NCBI GenBank assembly: GCA_031423155.1
Contig: JANPEZ010000113.1
Span: 814-64,813 of the forward strand
Source of the DNA: Actinomycetes bacterium
GTDB lineage: Bacteria > Actinomycetota > UBA4738 > HRBIN12
DNA length: 64,000 nt
Direction of reading: 5' to 3'
The notes under the pieces are model-generated. The model was not told the DNA's origin. It searched no databases and saw only the letters and a list, made by a program, of their open reading frames with translations. Shown here one piece after another: positions 9,854 to 20,701 of this stretch (positions are counted from its first letter, which is position 1; every line of letters begins with the position of its first letter). The position numbers and the translations under genes are program-made.

Positions 9854-11101
9854 ATGGACGAGCCCAGCCGCGCGAAACGCCCGATCGGGCTTGGCCTCGT
9901 GCTGGCCTGTCTGGTCGGGACCCTGATCCTGGGAGGAGCGCAGAAGGCCTACTGCGCCAGTGGCGACTGGACCGACGGACGGCAGTACCGGCTCCTTTGT
10001 TACTCCGACATAGTCCCGCTGCTGGGCACCGAACAGCTTCAGGGAGACCGCATCCCTTTCCTGGACGCCTGCAGCACCCAGGCGGCAGCCATCTGCGACG
10101 AGTACCCCGTTCTGACCATGTTCTTCATGAGGTCGGCCGCCTGGATCTCGGGTCCATCGAATCTGGATTTCTTCTGGACCAACGCTGCGCTCCTGTCGAT
10201 GTGTGCGATCGCGGCAGCCATCTGCCTCTACCTACTGGCTGGATCTCGGAGCCTCATCCTGGCGCTCGCTCCGACGCTGCTGATCTACGGATTCATGAAC
10301 TGGGATATGTTCGCCGTCGCCCTGGGGACGGGGGCCCTGCTCGCTTTCGCGAACAGGCGGGACACACTCGCCGGCGTGCTGCTGGGACTCGGCGCCGCCG
10401 CCAAGATGTATCCGATCTTGCTGGTCGTCCCGCTGATCGCAGAACGTTTGCGCACCCGAGAGCCGGACAGGGCCATCCGGCTCGGCTGGTCGACGGCTGG
10501 AACGTGGGTCGTCGTTAACCTGCCCTTCGCGCTGGCGGCGCCTCACGCATGGTCGACCTTCTTCCGTTTCAACTCGTCTCGCGGCGCCGACTTCGACAGC
10601 TTCTGGTACCTGGCGTGCAGTCACGTGAACGTCGCCGCCATCTGCGGACACGTGAAGATGATCAACCTGGCTTCCGGGGCCCTTTTCCTGAGTCTGTTCG
10701 CTCTCGTTTGGGTCCTTCGCCGGGATCGTTACCCGGACTTCCCGCGTTGGGAGCTGGTATTTCCGATGATCGTCCTGTTCCTGCTGACCAACAAGGTCTA
10801 CTCGCCGCAGTTCGGGCTGTGGCTCCTGCCGCTGTTCGCCCTGACCTTGCCCAACCTAAGGGCCTTCATAGCTTTCGAGCTCGCCGACATCGGCGTCTTC
10901 GTCACGAGATTCTGGTTCTTCTCTCACTACCCGAACGGCGACTGGGAACCTGCGTTCCTGCGGTTCGAGATCGCGGTCTGGGTGAGATTCGCGGTACTTA
11001 TAGGCTGCCTGGTCCTATGGATAAGGCGCCGCCCCGAGCCCCTGGAAGGCGAGATCGCGTTCGATCTGCCCCAGCCGACGGTCAGAGCTGCGCATGAGTG
11101 A
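9854..11101 (+). CDS. GT87 (DUF2029) family polyprenol-phosphate-sugar glycosyltransferase, Rv0051-like
   Basis: CYSDI, EYPVLT, NWDMFAV, AAKMYP and NKVYSPQFGLWL; many TM helices; TACGAT 8 nt before ATG 9854. Confidence 0.8.
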   Translation: MDEPSRAKRPIGLGLVLACLVGTLILGGAQKAYCASGDWTDGRQYRLLCYSDIVPLLGTEQLQGDRIPFLDACSTQAAAICDEYPVLTMFFMRSAAWISGPSNLDFFWTNAALLSMCAIAAAICLYLLAGSRSLILALAPTLLIYGFMNWDMFAVALGTGALLAFANRRDTLAGVLLGLGAAAKMYPILLVVPLIAERLRTREPDRAIRLGWSTAGTWVVVNLPFALAAPHAWSTFFRFNSSRGADFDSFWYLACSHVNVAAICGHVKMINLASGALFLSLFALVWVLRRDRYPDFPRWELVFPMIVLFLLTNKVYSPQFGLWLLPLFALTLPNLRAFIAFELADIGVFVTRFWFFSHYPNGDWEPAFLRFEIAVWVRFAVLIGCLVLWIRRRPEPLEGEIAFDLPQPTVRAAHE

Positions 11102-12251
11102 GCATCCTCGCGCACCGAGGCTCCGGGATGGTTTCCGCTACTGCCTGGGAGTGTTCCTCGGACTGAGGGTCGCCATGTTCGCGATAGCGATGGCAGCGAA
11201 CGGGATCATCCCCGTCAGGGCCGACACCCCGGTGGTACCCGGCTGGCCGATCCCGCCGATGCTCGGCGGGATCAAGGCGCTGTTCACCGCCTTCGAACGC
11301 CAAGACGCGATCTGGTTCCTGCGTATCGCCTCGAGCGGCTATGCGAAGGGCGACGGAAGCGCCGCGTTCTTCCCTGTGTTCCCGGCCGCAACGAAGTTCG
11401 TGTCCCTGTTCGTCGGGGGTCGCCCTCTGCTGGCAGCAACGCTCGTTTCCAACGCGGCGTTCCTCGGCGCGCTCGTCGTCCTATACGCCCTCACCAAGAT
11501 GGAGCTGTCCGAGGGACATGCTCGTAAGGCGGTCCTTTACCTGGCACTCTTCCCCACGTCCTTCTTCTTCCTGGCTCCCTACAGCGAATCGCTCTTCCTT
11601 CTGCTGTGCGTCAGCGCATTCTGGTTCGCCCGGCGCGATCGCTGGGGGGCGGCGGCGCTGGTCGGCCTGCTCGCCGCGGGAACGAGGAGCATCGGCATCG
11701 TCATCGCACCGGCGCTGCTCGTGGAGGCTCTCCTACAGTGGCGTGAGCGAGGGGTCCCCCTGATGCCGCGCGCCGGAGCCGCCGTCGCGGTCGTTCTAGG
11801 GCCCTTGTCCTATCTCTTCTACTGGCAGATCCGGTTCGCCGATCCCTGGGCGCCCTTCGCGGTCCAGAAGCAGTGGCAGCGGGCCGCGGTCTTCCCCCTG
11901 CAGACCCTTGGAGAAGCGATCACCCAGGCCAGGCGGCAGCAGGGATACGCGCTGCTCGACCTGCTCGTGGTCGGAGTGATCCTTCTGGCGCTGGTCGTCG
12001 GCCTGGCGAAACTGCGGCCCGCCTACTCCTTCTACGGGTGGCTCAGTCTGCTCGTTCCCCTCTCGTACCCGTTCCAGGGCCGGGCGCTGCTTTCCGTGCC
12101 GAGGTTCTGCGTGGTTCTCTTCCCCGCATTCTGGGTACTGGCCGACCTTTCCGAACGCGGCCGATTGCCCCATACTGCCGTGGTTGCCAGCTTCGCGGGC
12201 GGGCTGGGTCTGTTCGCGGTGCTGTTCATCAACTGGTGGCACATCTTCTGA
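11094..12251 (+). CDS. PIG-V-like (GT-C) mannosyltransferase
   Basis: DAIWFLRIA..GY, AFFPVFP, FPTSFFFLAPYSESLF and multiple TM helices. Confidence 0.75.
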   Translation: MSEHPRAPRLRDGFRYCLGVFLGLRVAMFAIAMAANGIIPVRADTPVVPGWPIPPMLGGIKALFTAFERQDAIWFLRIASSGYAKGDGSAAFFPVFPAATKFVSLFVGGRPLLAATLVSNAAFLGALVVLYALTKMELSEGHARKAVLYLALFPTSFFFLAPYSESLFLLLCVSAFWFARRDRWGAAALVGLLAAGTRSIGIVIAPALLVEALLQWRERGVPLMPRAGAAVAVVLGPLSYLFYWQIRFADPWAPFAVQKQWQRAAVFPLQTLGEAITQARRQQGYALLDLLVVGVILLALVVGLAKLRPAYSFYGWLSLLVPLSYPFQGRALLSVPRFCVVLFPAFWVLADLSERGRLPHTAVVASFAGGLGLFAVLFINWWHIF

Positions 12252-12302
12252 CCGGGGGGCGCGGAAGCGTCTAGGATGTGCCGAGCAGGCCCCAGATGCG
12301 GG

Positions 12303-12950
12303 ATGGAGGCACGGTTGATCAGGGTAGCTATCGCAGACGACCACTCCCTCGTGCGGCAGGGACTTCGCCGGTACCTCGAGATGGCCGATGGCATCGAGGT
12401 GGTCGGCGAGGCCTCTAACGGCAAGGAGCTGATCGAGCTCGTCGAGAAGACCTCGCCCGAGATCGCTCTCGTCGATATCCGGATGCCGGAGATGGACGGG
12501 TTGGAGGCCGCGCGCGAGCTGCGCGACAAGTACCCCAACGTCGGTGTGATCATGCTCACCGCTTACGACGACCGTCAGTTCGTCGTAGAGGCGGTCCGAA
12601 GCGGAGCCCGCGGCTATGTGCTCAAGGCTCGAGACGCCGAGCATCTGATCCAGACGGTGCGCCTCGTCGCCGGCGGGAACATGGTCATCGATCCCCAGCT
12701 CGTCGTCGCGTTGGCCGAGGAGCTTTCCACCGCGAAGGAACGCGACCGGCGCGCCGAGACCTTGACCGCCCGGGAGATAGAGGTACTTCAGCTGCTCGCC
12801 TTCGGTCACACCAACCGCGATATAGCCGAACGGCTCTACATCTCCCCTGACACCGTCAAGACCCACCTCGAGCACATCTTCGAGAAGCTCGGCGCCTCGG
12901 ACCGCACAGCGGCCGTGGCCGAGGCGCTCCGACGGCGCCTCATCGAGTAG
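12303..12950 (+). CDS. NarL/LuxR family response regulator
   Basis: IADDHSLVRQG, LVDIRMPEMDG, GYVLK and C-terminal LTAREIEVL...ISPDTVKTH. Start could also be 12276. Confidence 0.93.
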   Translation: MEARLIRVAIADDHSLVRQGLRRYLEMADGIEVVGEASNGKELIELVEKTSPEIALVDIRMPEMDGLEAARELRDKYPNVGVIMLTAYDDRQFVVEAVRSGARGYVLKARDAEHLIQTVRLVAGGNMVIDPQLVVALAEELSTAKERDRRAETLTAREIEVLQLLAFGHTNRDIAERLYISPDTVKTHLEHIFEKLGASDRTAAVAEALRRRLIE

Positions 12951-13029
12951 GCCGTCCCCCTTACGGCCTAGTCCTGTTCAGCGCGGTCTTACCCGATTCG
13001 GGTGATGGAGGCATGCCCGTGCCTGGGCC

Positions 13030-15168
13030 ATGATTGTGTCCTCGATGGAATCTGAAGCTATGTCCCGCGCCTGGCCGACAGGCCTCGTCCTGCTGGTCAC
13101 TGCCTGCTCGGCCGTGGCTGCACTGATCGCCCTCCCCGACGAGGGCAAGAGCGCGGTCGTATGGTCCGGGTTCACTCTGACCGCATCCGCGATGATCGCG
13201 ACCGTCGCGATAGTCCGATCGCAGCGTGCAGGGCGCGGCTGGCGGAGCGCCGGGAGCCTGGCCGTCGGGCTCGGTCTGATCGCGACGATCAGCGGGGCTT
13301 TCCTCGTGAGAGACATCGTGGGCGAGACGCCCGTCTATGAGCCCTCGTGGACGGATGGCTTCTTCCTCGTCCTGTTGCTTGGGATCATCGTTCCGATCCG
13401 GGCGGAGTTCAGAGAGCACTTCGGGCGCGAGGACCGTCGCGAGATCGCCGTGGACGTCGGGTTGATCGCGGCCTCGCTCACGGTCATCGGGTACCTGATG
13501 CTCCGCCCGGAAGATGCGGATGCAGTAACGGCGATGTCCTCCGCTGTCTTCGCTGCCCTTGCGGCAACCATGTTCACGGCTTTCGCGGCGCTGACCCTGT
13601 GGATCCCGAGCAGGGTTCACATCGGCCAGTTCGTCATCTTCACGGGCTTCTCGGTCGCGGCCATCGAACTCGGTGCGCGCTGGGTGAACGGCACGTATAC
13701 CGGCTCTCTGCTTGCCTTCGAACTCCCGGTTACCGTCGGAATGCTCGGGCTGGCCGCCCTGGTCACGTTCAGTCCCCGGCGGTCCCACGCGGGGCCGGCG
13801 ACGCCGCCCACCCGCCTCGGGCGTCCGCTGCTTACCAGCGCGTCGGTGGCCGCCGCGTGCGCTGCGCTGGTGACGCTCGTGCAATGGCACGGGGCCAGCG
13901 GTGTCGACAGGCGAGAATCCTCGATCCTGATCGCCGCGCTGGCCGTCGGGATCGCCGTCAGGATCTTGGTCGATCAGCTACGGAGCACGGCCGCCAACCG
14001 GCGTGCCGGATCGGCGCTGAGGGAGAAAGAGGCCGCCCTCGTCGAGACCGACCTCGCGCTGGAACGAGTCCGAGAGGCTCACGACACCCTCCGCGACTCC
14101 GAGGAGCATCTGCGACTGGTCTTCGAGGCCGCGGTCGACGGGATCGTCGAGCTGGATGAGAGCGACACGATCCTTCGAGCCAACAGCGCCTTCTGCAGGA
14201 TGGTAGGCCTGACGCGGGATCTGGTCGTCGGTCAGACCTGGAGCGCGATAGCCGCCGCTGTGGGCGGCAATAGCGACTCGCTGGCAACCCTTCTTACGAC
14301 CGGGCAAGGAGATATCCAGCGTCCTAACGAGGCCCAGCCCCTCTACCTGGAGTCCCGGATATCCAAGATCGAGATGGCCCCGCCGCGGCGCCTGCTGCTG
14401 GTGCGCGACGTTACGTCGGGAAGGGTTGCCGACCAGACCATCCGATCGCTCTTCTCCTTCCTCCAGGATCGCGACGAGGACCGAACGAGCCTGATGAAGC
14501 GCACGAACGCCGCCATCGAATCCGAGCGGAACAGGATCGCGCGTGACCTGCACGACGGTCCGGTCCAAGGGGTCTCGGCGGCCTCGCTCTCGCTCGAGGC
14601 CGCGCTCCTGATGATCAAGGCAGGCGAGGAGGCCCGGGGGATGGAGGTCCTGTCGAAGATCCGGAAGGAGCTTTCCGAGGAAGCCGACGGTCTTCGCCGG
14701 CTGATGTCCGGACTTCGCCCGCCACTGCTCGAGGAGCGAGGCCTGATCCCGGCGCTGCGCGAGACGCTGGCGCGCTTCGGTCACGATCATCAAGTAGCTA
14801 CTGAGTTCACGGGCGGTCTACTGAGAACCATCCCCGACGACCTGGAGACGCTCGCCTACCGCGTGGTCCAGGAGGCTCTGTCCAACGCCGGCAAGCACGC
14901 GAAGGCGTCGAAGATGTCGATCCACGTAGAAAGCGACGGAAGCCAACTCAAGATCGAGATCATCGACGACGGTGTCGGCTTCGATCCCCAGAGGGTTCGC
15001 GAATTCCTGCGGGAGGGCCGGGTTGGCCTGGCCTCGATGCGCGAGCGGGTCGAGCTCGCGAGCGGAACGTTCGTCGTGCACTCCACGCCCGGCAGGGGAA
15101 CGACGATCATGGCGACGTTGCCGTTGGACACGAACCCCGCACGCGAGCTAGCGGTGAACGAGGCCTAG
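13030..15168 (+). CDS. Multi-TM sensor histidine kinase with PAS domain (HisKA_3 type)
   Basis: Long hydrophobic N-terminal half; PAS segment FEAAVDGIV...NSAFCRMVG; [28 protein letters not shown] and GLASMRERV. Confidence 0.9.
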   Translation: MIVSSMESEAMSRAWPTGLVLLVTACSAVAALIALPDEGKSAVVWSGFTLTASAMIATVAIVRSQRAGRGWRSAGSLAVGLGLIATISGAFLVRDIVGETPVYEPSWTDGFFLVLLLGIIVPIRAEFREHFGREDRREIAVDVGLIAASLTVIGYLMLRPEDADAVTAMSSAVFAALAATMFTAFAALTLWIPSRVHIGQFVIFTGFSVAAIELGARWVNGTYTGSLLAFELPVTVGMLGLAALVTFSPRRSHAGPATPPTRLGRPLLTSASVAAACAALVTLVQWHGASGVDRRESSILIAALAVGIAVRILVDQLRSTAANRRAGSALREKEAALVETDLALERVREAHDTLRDSEEHLRLVFEAAVDGIVELDESDTILRANSAFCRMVGLTRDLVVGQTWSAIAAAVGGNSDSLATLLTTGQGDIQRPNEAQPLYLESRISKIEMAPPRRLLLVRDVTSGRVADQTIRSLFSFLQDRDEDRTSLMKRTNAAIESERNRIARDLHDGPVQGVSAASLSLEAALLMIKAGEEARGMEVLSKIRKELSEEADGLRRLMSGLRPPLLEERGLIPALRETLARFGHDHQVATEFTGGLLRTIPDDLETLAYRVVQEALSNAGKHAKASKMSIHVESDGSQLKIEIIDDGVGFDPQRVREFLREGRVGLASMRERVELASGTFVVHSTPGRGTTIMATLPLDTNPARELAVNEA

Positions 15169-17376
15169 GCCCGGATAGAACCGGATCAGCCTCGCGGATC
15201 TCCTGCCCATGAGCGCAGTCATCCTGCGCTCCGCGACCGGCGTCGGAGAGTCGGTCGGACTCGGGGAGTCGGTCGGGCTAGGAGAGTCGGACGGGCTCGG
15301 AGTGACGGAAGGTTTGGGCGACTTCGTCGGTGTCGGGCTCGGCGTTTCAGAGGGAGAGGGACTCGGCGAGGGCACGGGCGAGGGACCGGCCACGTCGTAG
15401 CCGTCGAAGGACGGGGTCGGGAACTGCAGGATCTCCTGCCCGGCCAGGGCGGAAGTCATGTAGTCCTGCCATATGGCTGCCGGGATCGTCCCTCCGAAGA
15501 CCGGAGAGACACCCTCTACGCTCGTCATGGGTATCTCGCCCTTCGGGTAGCCGACCCAAACGCAGGTCGCGAGCTGGGGCGTATAACCGCAGAACCAGGC
15601 GTCGACGTAGAGTTGAGCCGTACCTGTCTTGCCGGCAACCGGGCGGCTCCCCAGACTAGCCCCGCCCCCCGTTCCGTACTCGACCACTCCTTGCAGTGCG
15701 TACGTCACCAGCGCCGCGTCATTCGGATCTAGCACCTGCCGCCCGGGAGATGAGACATCACCTATCGGGTCCTTGTGACGGTCGGTCACCGACAGCAGCG
15801 GCGTCGCCCAGTGTCGGGCCCCGTTCGCGGCCAAGGTCGCGTAGGCGTTGGTCATCTCAAGCGGGTTGACCGCCTGGGTTCCGAGCGTGATCGCGCAGTA
15901 CGGATCCAGGGGCGAGCGGATCCCAAGGTCATGGGCGGCGATCACGATGTTCTCGGGTCCGACCGCCGCGGCCAGCTGAGCGAACACGGTGTTCACCGAG
16001 TGGGCCGTCGCTTTGGCGAGGGTGAAGCTGCCCGACTCCGAGTCCGAGGCGTTCGACAACGTCCATGGCGCTCCGTCCGTGTAGCACTCCTTGTCCGGGA
16101 TCGTTATCGGGGTCGGGCCTCTCCAGTAGGAGGTCGTCAGGTCGTACTTCTGCCTCATCGCGGCGACGAGGGTGAAGGGCTTGAACGCCGAGCCCGCCTG
16201 GCGCCCCGTGCCCCCCTGGCCGGTCGCAAGGTTCACCTGAGACTTCTGGAAGTCGCGCCCACCTATCATCGCCAGCACCTCTCCTGTCGCAGGATCGATG
16301 GAGACGACCGCAGCCTGCGGATCGATCGGCTGAGGAAGGTGAGCCTTCACGGCGTCGAGGGCATACTGCTGCAGTTCCATGTCGATCGTGGTGGTAACTC
16401 GGTACCCACCGCCGAAAACCGCCGCGCCCCCGTACTTCTTGGTCAGGTAACGCTTGGCGTAGTCGACGAAATACTCCGAGCGGGCGGGCGTGTCGATCAC
16501 GGTGTCCTGCGGCTTCGTCACGATAGGACGGGCCTGGAGGTTCGAGGCGCGGGATGCTTCCATATACCCATACCTGACCATCGAATCGAGGGCGTAGTCG
16601 CGCCTTTCCTTGGATCCCTGCGGGTTGTCGATCGGGTCGTAGTAGGACGGAGACGTGATCAGACCCGCCAACGTCGCGGACTCGAGAGGCCCCAGCTCCG
16701 ATGCGTGGATGCCCCAGTAGGTCTGGGCGGCCGCCTCGATCCCGTAGGCGCCGTGGCCGAAATAGATGGTGTTGAGGTACTTGGCCAGGATCTGATCCTT
16801 TGTGAAGGTCTTCTCCAACTTGACCGCCAGGAGGCTCTCGCGAACCTTCTGTCCGATCGTCCTGGGCGGAACGACGTAATCCGTCGTTCCGTCGGCGTTG
16901 TCGACGTATCGGCCGGCGTAGACGTTCTTCACCAGCTGCTGGGTGATGGTCGATCCGCCCTGCACCGTCTCGCGTTTGACCAGGTCTGTCCAGGCGGCAC
17001 GGGCGATACCGATCGGGTCGACTCCCGGATGGGAGTAGAACCCGTGATCCTCGACCGCGATCACCGCATCCCGGGCCGACTGGGAGATCCTCGACAAGGG
17101 GACGATGGTGCGATCGACGGCCCCGTGCAGCGTCGTCAGCAGGTTGCCGTCGCGGTCGTAGATGTACGTCGACTGGATGGGCGGCAGGGTCTTCGGCAGC
17201 TCGATCTTGGAATACGCGTACACCAGCGCGCCCACGACAGACGTGACCCCCAGCAGGGGAACGATGATGAACACCCACCAGAAACGGCGGAAGAAGCCCT
17301 TCTTCTTCTTGGGCTTCTTGCGGGGGGCGTGCTTACCCCCCCGCGTGCGAGAGGCTGGCTTCGTGCCGGTTGACAC
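15148..17376 (-). CDS. ponA: Class A penicillin-binding protein (transglycosylase/transpeptidase)
   Basis: [25 protein letters not shown]-like [13 protein letters not shown]; SAFK (SxxK), SVN (SxN), KTG; Pro/Ser/Thr-rich tail. Confidence 0.93.
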   Translation of the reverse strand: MSTGTKPASRTRGGKHAPRKKPKKKKGFFRRFWWVFIIVPLLGVTSVVGALVYAYSKIELPKTLPPIQSTYIYDRDGNLLTTLHGAVDRTIVPLSRISQSARDAVIAVEDHGFYSHPGVDPIGIARAAWTDLVKRETVQGGSTITQQLVKNVYAGRYVDNADGTTDYVVPPRTIGQKVRESLLAVKLEKTFTKDQILAKYLNTIYFGHGAYGIEAAAQTYWGIHASELGPLESATLAGLITSPSYYDPIDNPQGSKERRDYALDSMVRYGYMEASRASNLQARPIVTKPQDTVIDTPARSEYFVDYAKRYLTKKYGGAAVFGGGYRVTTTIDMELQQYALDAVKAHLPQPIDPQAAVVSIDPATGEVLAMIGGRDFQKSQVNLATGQGGTGRQAGSAFKPFTLVAAMRQKYDLTTSYWRGPTPITIPDKECYTDGAPWTLSNASDSESGSFTLAKATAHSVNTVFAQLAAAVGPENIVIAAHDLGIRSPLDPYCAITLGTQAVNPLEMTNAYATLAANGARHWATPLLSVTDRHKDPIGDVSSPGRQVLDPNDAALVTYALQGVVEYGTGGGASLGSRPVAGKTGTAQLYVDAWFCGYTPQLATCVWVGYPKGEIPMTSVEGVSPVFGGTIPAAIWQDYMTSALAGQEILQFPTPSFDGYDVAGPSPVPSPSPSPSETPSPTPTKSPKPSVTPSPSDSPSPTDSPSPTDSPTPVAERRMTALMGRRSARLIRFYPGLGLVHR
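15245..15298. repeat. Three imperfect 18-nt tandem repeats encoding PSP(S/T)DS in the PBP tail
   Basis: ggagagtcggtcggactc / ggggagtcggtcgggcta / ggagagtcggacgggctc. Confidence 0.8.
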
Positions 17377-17449
17377 GAGCCGATTCTATCGGGGGGTTCG
17401 TGGTTGGTGGCCGAAGAGGCCCAAGCGGATGTGGCGATCCGGTGACGGA

Positions 17450-17854
17450 CTATCCGGTGGCGGTGGCTCTGCGGGCGGTGAAGGACTCCGCTAGGTGGTT
17501 CCACTGGCAGTTGCAGCAGACCTCGACGACGTAGCAGCGAGCGCCCTCGTGGGTTGCCGTGAGCTTCAGGCCCTGCGATATCGACCAGACTCGGCCGTTG
17601 ATGTCCTTGAGTCCATCGCCGTAGACGTAGGCGAGAAGGACCAACTTTTCCTTCGCGCAGACCGGGCAGTCGTTCTTCGTCGACTCGCCCACGTGCCGGG
17701 CGGCGCGCATCAGTTCGGGGTGGGCGTCGCAGATGTCGGTGAGACCGAGGACACCGACGCGCGCGTCTCTGAGCAAGGCGCGCTTGGCGAGCGTGTAGTC
17801 GATGACGCCCAGTTCGGGGCGGCGCCTCTTGTTGAGCGGACGTGAGTTCGCCAT
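17450..17854 (-). CDS. DUF5318 family protein (Rv0049-like)
   Basis: IDYTLAKRALL, DICDAHPELMRAA, CPVC, VYGDGL and YVVEVCCNCQWNHL; sits upstream of ponA as in other actinobacteria. Confidence 0.8.
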   Translation of the reverse strand: MANSRPLNKRRRPELGVIDYTLAKRALLRDARVGVLGLTDICDAHPELMRAARHVGESTKNDCPVCAKEKLVLLAYVYGDGLKDINGRVWSISQGLKLTATHEGARCYVVEVCCNCQWNHLAESFTARRATATG

Positions 17855-17974
17855 GGCGGCGATGGTACACCCGAGGGGTGACGTTGCGGACCCGCCGCAA
17901 GGTCATCCCCCATCCGGGGCATCCGCGCTTGAAGAGGGGTAGCCTGGCGGGTCCAATGTCCTCGGAGGTTCTTC

Positions 17975-18667
17975 ATGGTTGACATGTCTGTCGTGCGATC
18001 TAGCGATCGCGATGGTTGGAGCGCGCTGGTGGACCCTCCCGGTCAGATCCCCTCGGCCGGGATGGAGCGGAGCGCGTTCACGAGCGCGGACGGCACGTTC
18101 AACTGCGGCCTTTGGGAACGAGAGCCCGACACCTGGTCCTTCGAAAGGCCATACGACGAGGTCGCACTGATCCTTTCCGGAAGCGCGGACATCGAGCTGA
18201 GCGACGGTCGGACCTTGTCTTTCGGCGCCGGCGACATCCTGGTGACACCGACCGGAACGAAGGGGACGTGGAACATCCGCGAGACGGTCGTGAAGTTCTA
18301 CACGATCTACGAGGGAGGTCCCCTGGGGGAGGTCGAGGCGCACCTAGCGGCCGAGCCCGCCGAATGGGTCGAGCTGGAGCGCCCTCCCGGGGATGAGAAC
18401 CCCCCCGGCATGGAGTGGTACGCGTACCGCAGCGGCGACGGGAAGTTCTCGTGCGGGGTCTGGCAGCGGGTTCCCGAGATCGGCAGGATGGACCTGGGCT
18501 ACAACGAGGTCGCATGCCTGCTCGAGGGCGACGTGGATGTGGTCACCGACTCTGGCCCACTGCTGACGGTGGGAGCGGGCGACGTGCTGGTGACCCCGAA
18601 GGGAAGCGGCGGCGAGTGGCGGGCCAAGTCCCACGTCAAGAAGTTCTGGGCGGTCCATCACGAGTAG
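17975..18667 (+). CDS. Tandem cupin (Cupin_3/DUF861, EutQ-like) protein
   Basis: Two similar halves: CGLWE...GAGDILVTPTGTKGTW and CGVWQ...GAGDVLVTPKGSGGEW. Confidence 0.8.
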   Translation: MVDMSVVRSSDRDGWSALVDPPGQIPSAGMERSAFTSADGTFNCGLWEREPDTWSFERPYDEVALILSGSADIELSDGRTLSFGAGDILVTPTGTKGTWNIRETVVKFYTIYEGGPLGEVEAHLAAEPAEWVELERPPGDENPPGMEWYAYRSGDGKFSCGVWQRVPEIGRMDLGYNEVACLLEGDVDVVTDSGPLLTVGAGDVLVTPKGSGGEWRAKSHVKKFWAVHHE

Positions 18668-18728
18668 CGGGGCTTACGGGTCGCTGGACCCGACCGGCTC
18701 GGCTCGAACCGGTCCGCTCTACCCGCAC

Positions 18729-19136
18729 GTGAGCGGAGGGCGGGTGCTCGCGCGAGGACTGGTGAAGCGGTGTCCGCGATGCGCCTCTCGTGGGATGTTC
18801 CTCACTTGGGCGACCCTTCGAGAGAAGTGCCGTACATGCGGTCTGAGGTTCGAAGGACAAGAGGGCGGGTTCCTCGGCGCGATGACCCTGAACTACGTGT
18901 TCGCGGTCGGCGTTTGGCTCTTGTTCTTCATCGCGGCGTTGGCCGTGACGCTGCCGAGGGTGCGGGTGGTGCCGATGCTCGTTGGGTCGCTCGCGATCAT
19001 GGTCGCGATGCCGTTGCTGCTCGCGCCTGTATCCAAGTCCATCTGGGCGTCCATCGAGTTCCTGATCCTGCGCGGTTCGCCGGAGTACCTCGAGCCGGTT
19101 CGAGCGAGCGATGATCGTGCGAGCGAGTTGGAATAG
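18729..19136 (+). CDS. DUF983 family membrane protein
   Basis: RGLVKRCPRC..RGMF and C..CGLRF followed by two TM helices. Confidence 0.75.
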   Translation: MSGGRVLARGLVKRCPRCASRGMFLTWATLREKCRTCGLRFEGQEGGFLGAMTLNYVFAVGVWLLFFIAALAVTLPRVRVVPMLVGSLAIMVAMPLLLAPVSKSIWASIEFLILRGSPEYLEPVRASDDRASELE

Positions 19137-19158
19137 TCGAGGCGTCGACCTCGGGGGT

Positions 19159-19524
19159 TCAGGCCGGCTGGAAGAGTTCCACGACGTTGCCCGAGGGGTC
19201 TTCCATCAGGATCTGACTTCCTCCCGGACCCTGGACGAGGTCGCTGCGGAACACGACTCCGGCGACTCGAAACGTCTCGACTCGCTCCGCAAGGTTCTCC
19301 GTTTCGATCACGATCCGGGCCCATCCGCCGGGCTCTGGCCGGCGGCCGTCGGGCATCGGCTTGGCCGCGGAGCTGATCGGGCCGGCGAGCCAGAGCGAAA
19401 GGTCATCGCGGCGAACGATCGCCATGGCCGGCCCGAAACGCTCGATGAGCTCGAATCCAAGGACGTCGACATAGAAGTCGATCGAGTCGCCGACGTCGAG
19501 GACCAAGTAGCGCACCGTGGCCAT
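19159..19524 (-). CDS. VOC/glyoxalase family protein
   Basis: VRYLV.DV..SIDFY..VLGF and GPGGSQILMEDPSGNVVELFQP. Confidence 0.88.
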   Translation of the reverse strand: MATVRYLVLDVGDSIDFYVDVLGFELIERFGPAMAIVRRDDLSLWLAGPISSAAKPMPDGRRPEPGGWARIVIETENLAERVETFRVAGVVFRSDLVQGPGGSQILMEDPSGNVVELFQPA

Positions 19525-19627
19525 GGCCGCGCAGTGTAGTCCAGGCTCGTCGGCCAGGACCGCGCACGGGTTCGACGCCGCCGCGTTCGTACCGACGAGA
19601 TCGGGCCTCCAAGGCTATGTTGGGGTC

Positions 19628-19942
19628 ATGTCTGTAGGCGGAGGAGGACATCACCCTCGGATCGCCCCCAGCGAGCTCGACCTGGATGCTTCCATGCGCC
19701 CGCTCCGGCGCGGGGCCCGCCTTATGCGCCGCGTCGGGAGCAAGTGGACGCAGGTCGGACGATTCGGATCGATCGCCGAGGCTCAGCAAGCTCTCGACGA
19801 ACAGGTCGGCGAGGGCCATGGCGATGCTCGCGAGTACCTGGTCGTCGTCCCCAGCTCCCGCTTCCACACGATCACGAAGGTCGTCTTGATCGCGGCGCTG
19901 TCGGCAGGCATCGCACTTGTCGTCAGCTTCATCGTGCAGTGA
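19628..19942 (+). CDS. Small hypothetical protein with C-terminal TM helix
   Basis: Fills the gap between VOC and the Tad operon and ends in a hydrophobic helix. No family recognised; start uncertain (19628 or 19694). Confidence 0.45.
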   Translation: MSVGGGGHHPRIAPSELDLDASMRPLRRGARLMRRVGSKWTQVGRFGSIAEAQQALDEQVGEGHGDAREYLVVVPSSRFHTITKVVLIAALSAGIALVVSFIVQ

Positions 19943-19955
19943 CGGCGATCGACTC

Positions 19956-20318
19956 CTAGGGCAGATCGAGGACCGATCGAGACGTGGAAGTCACCGTCGC
20001 GTTCCCGATGAACAGTAGGAGCGGTCCGGCATCGGAGATGGTGGTGACCGTGACCTCGGTCCCGCTGGCGGGGATCTCGCACGCAAGTACCGCCGCGCCG
20101 TTCACCTGCGCGTAGCCGGCTGCGACGGCGCAAGGGTCTAGACCAGAGGGAAGCGCAAGCTCCTGGGCGGCGGCCAGGGCAGCCGCGTCGGCGGCGGTCT
20201 GAGCGCGTTCGCGGGCAACCAGCACCTTGGCGACGTCGGTGACCCCCATGACGAGCACGACGGCGACGGCCAAGAATGCCACCGTGACGATCGTGACCGA
20301 ACCTTGCTCTGAGCTCAC
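19956..20318 (-). CDS. TadE-like pseudopilin (Rv3654c-like)
   Basis: EQG|SVT prepilin-like N-terminus and AQTAADAAALAAA. Confidence 0.8.
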   Translation of the reverse strand: MSSEQGSVTIVTVAFLAVAVVLVMGVTDVAKVLVARERAQTAADAAALAAAQELALPSGLDPCAVAAGYAQVNGAAVLACEIPASGTEVTVTTISDAGPLLLFIGNATVTSTSRSVLDLP

Positions 20319-20701
20319 CCGTACTCCTGGCGATCGGTGGCTTCGGCGGTGAAGTGCACGCTGTCGCCGAGCAGCCAGCCGAGCAGAGGGACCCTTACCG
20401 GATCGTCGTAGGCGATGGAAACGGTCACGGGGTCTCCTCGGGTGCCCTCGCGCGCGACCGTGACGACTACCCGTGCCGGATCCAGGCCTGGGGCAGCCGC
20501 GACCGCCGCGTCCCGGATCGCGGCCTCGGAAGGGTCGACGGCGGCCTGGCGCGCCCCGGCGCGCGCGGCCGCCTCGACCAGCAACCTGTCCCGGGCGAAC
20601 AATCCGACCTGGACGAGTGCGAGGCCCATCACCAGGACGAGCGGTAGCACGAGTGCGAACTCGACGACCGCCGAGCCTCGCTCCTTAGGCGCCGTTCGCA
20701 C
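20315..20701 (-). CDS. tadE: TadE family pseudopilin
   Basis: ERG|SAVVEFALVLP and EAAARAGAR. Confidence 0.85.
   Translation of the reverse strand: MRTAPKERGSAVVEFALVLPLVLVMGLALVQVGLFARDRLLVEAAARAGARQAAVDPSEAAIRDAAVAAAPGLDPARVVVTVAREGTRGDPVTVSIAYDDPVRVPLLGWLLGDSVHFTAEATDRQEYG

Noticed and set aside
15209-15400. Possible CRISPR-like or mobile repeat
   Set aside because: The 18-nt units are contiguous, have no spacers, and encode the Pro/Ser/Thr linker of the PBP.
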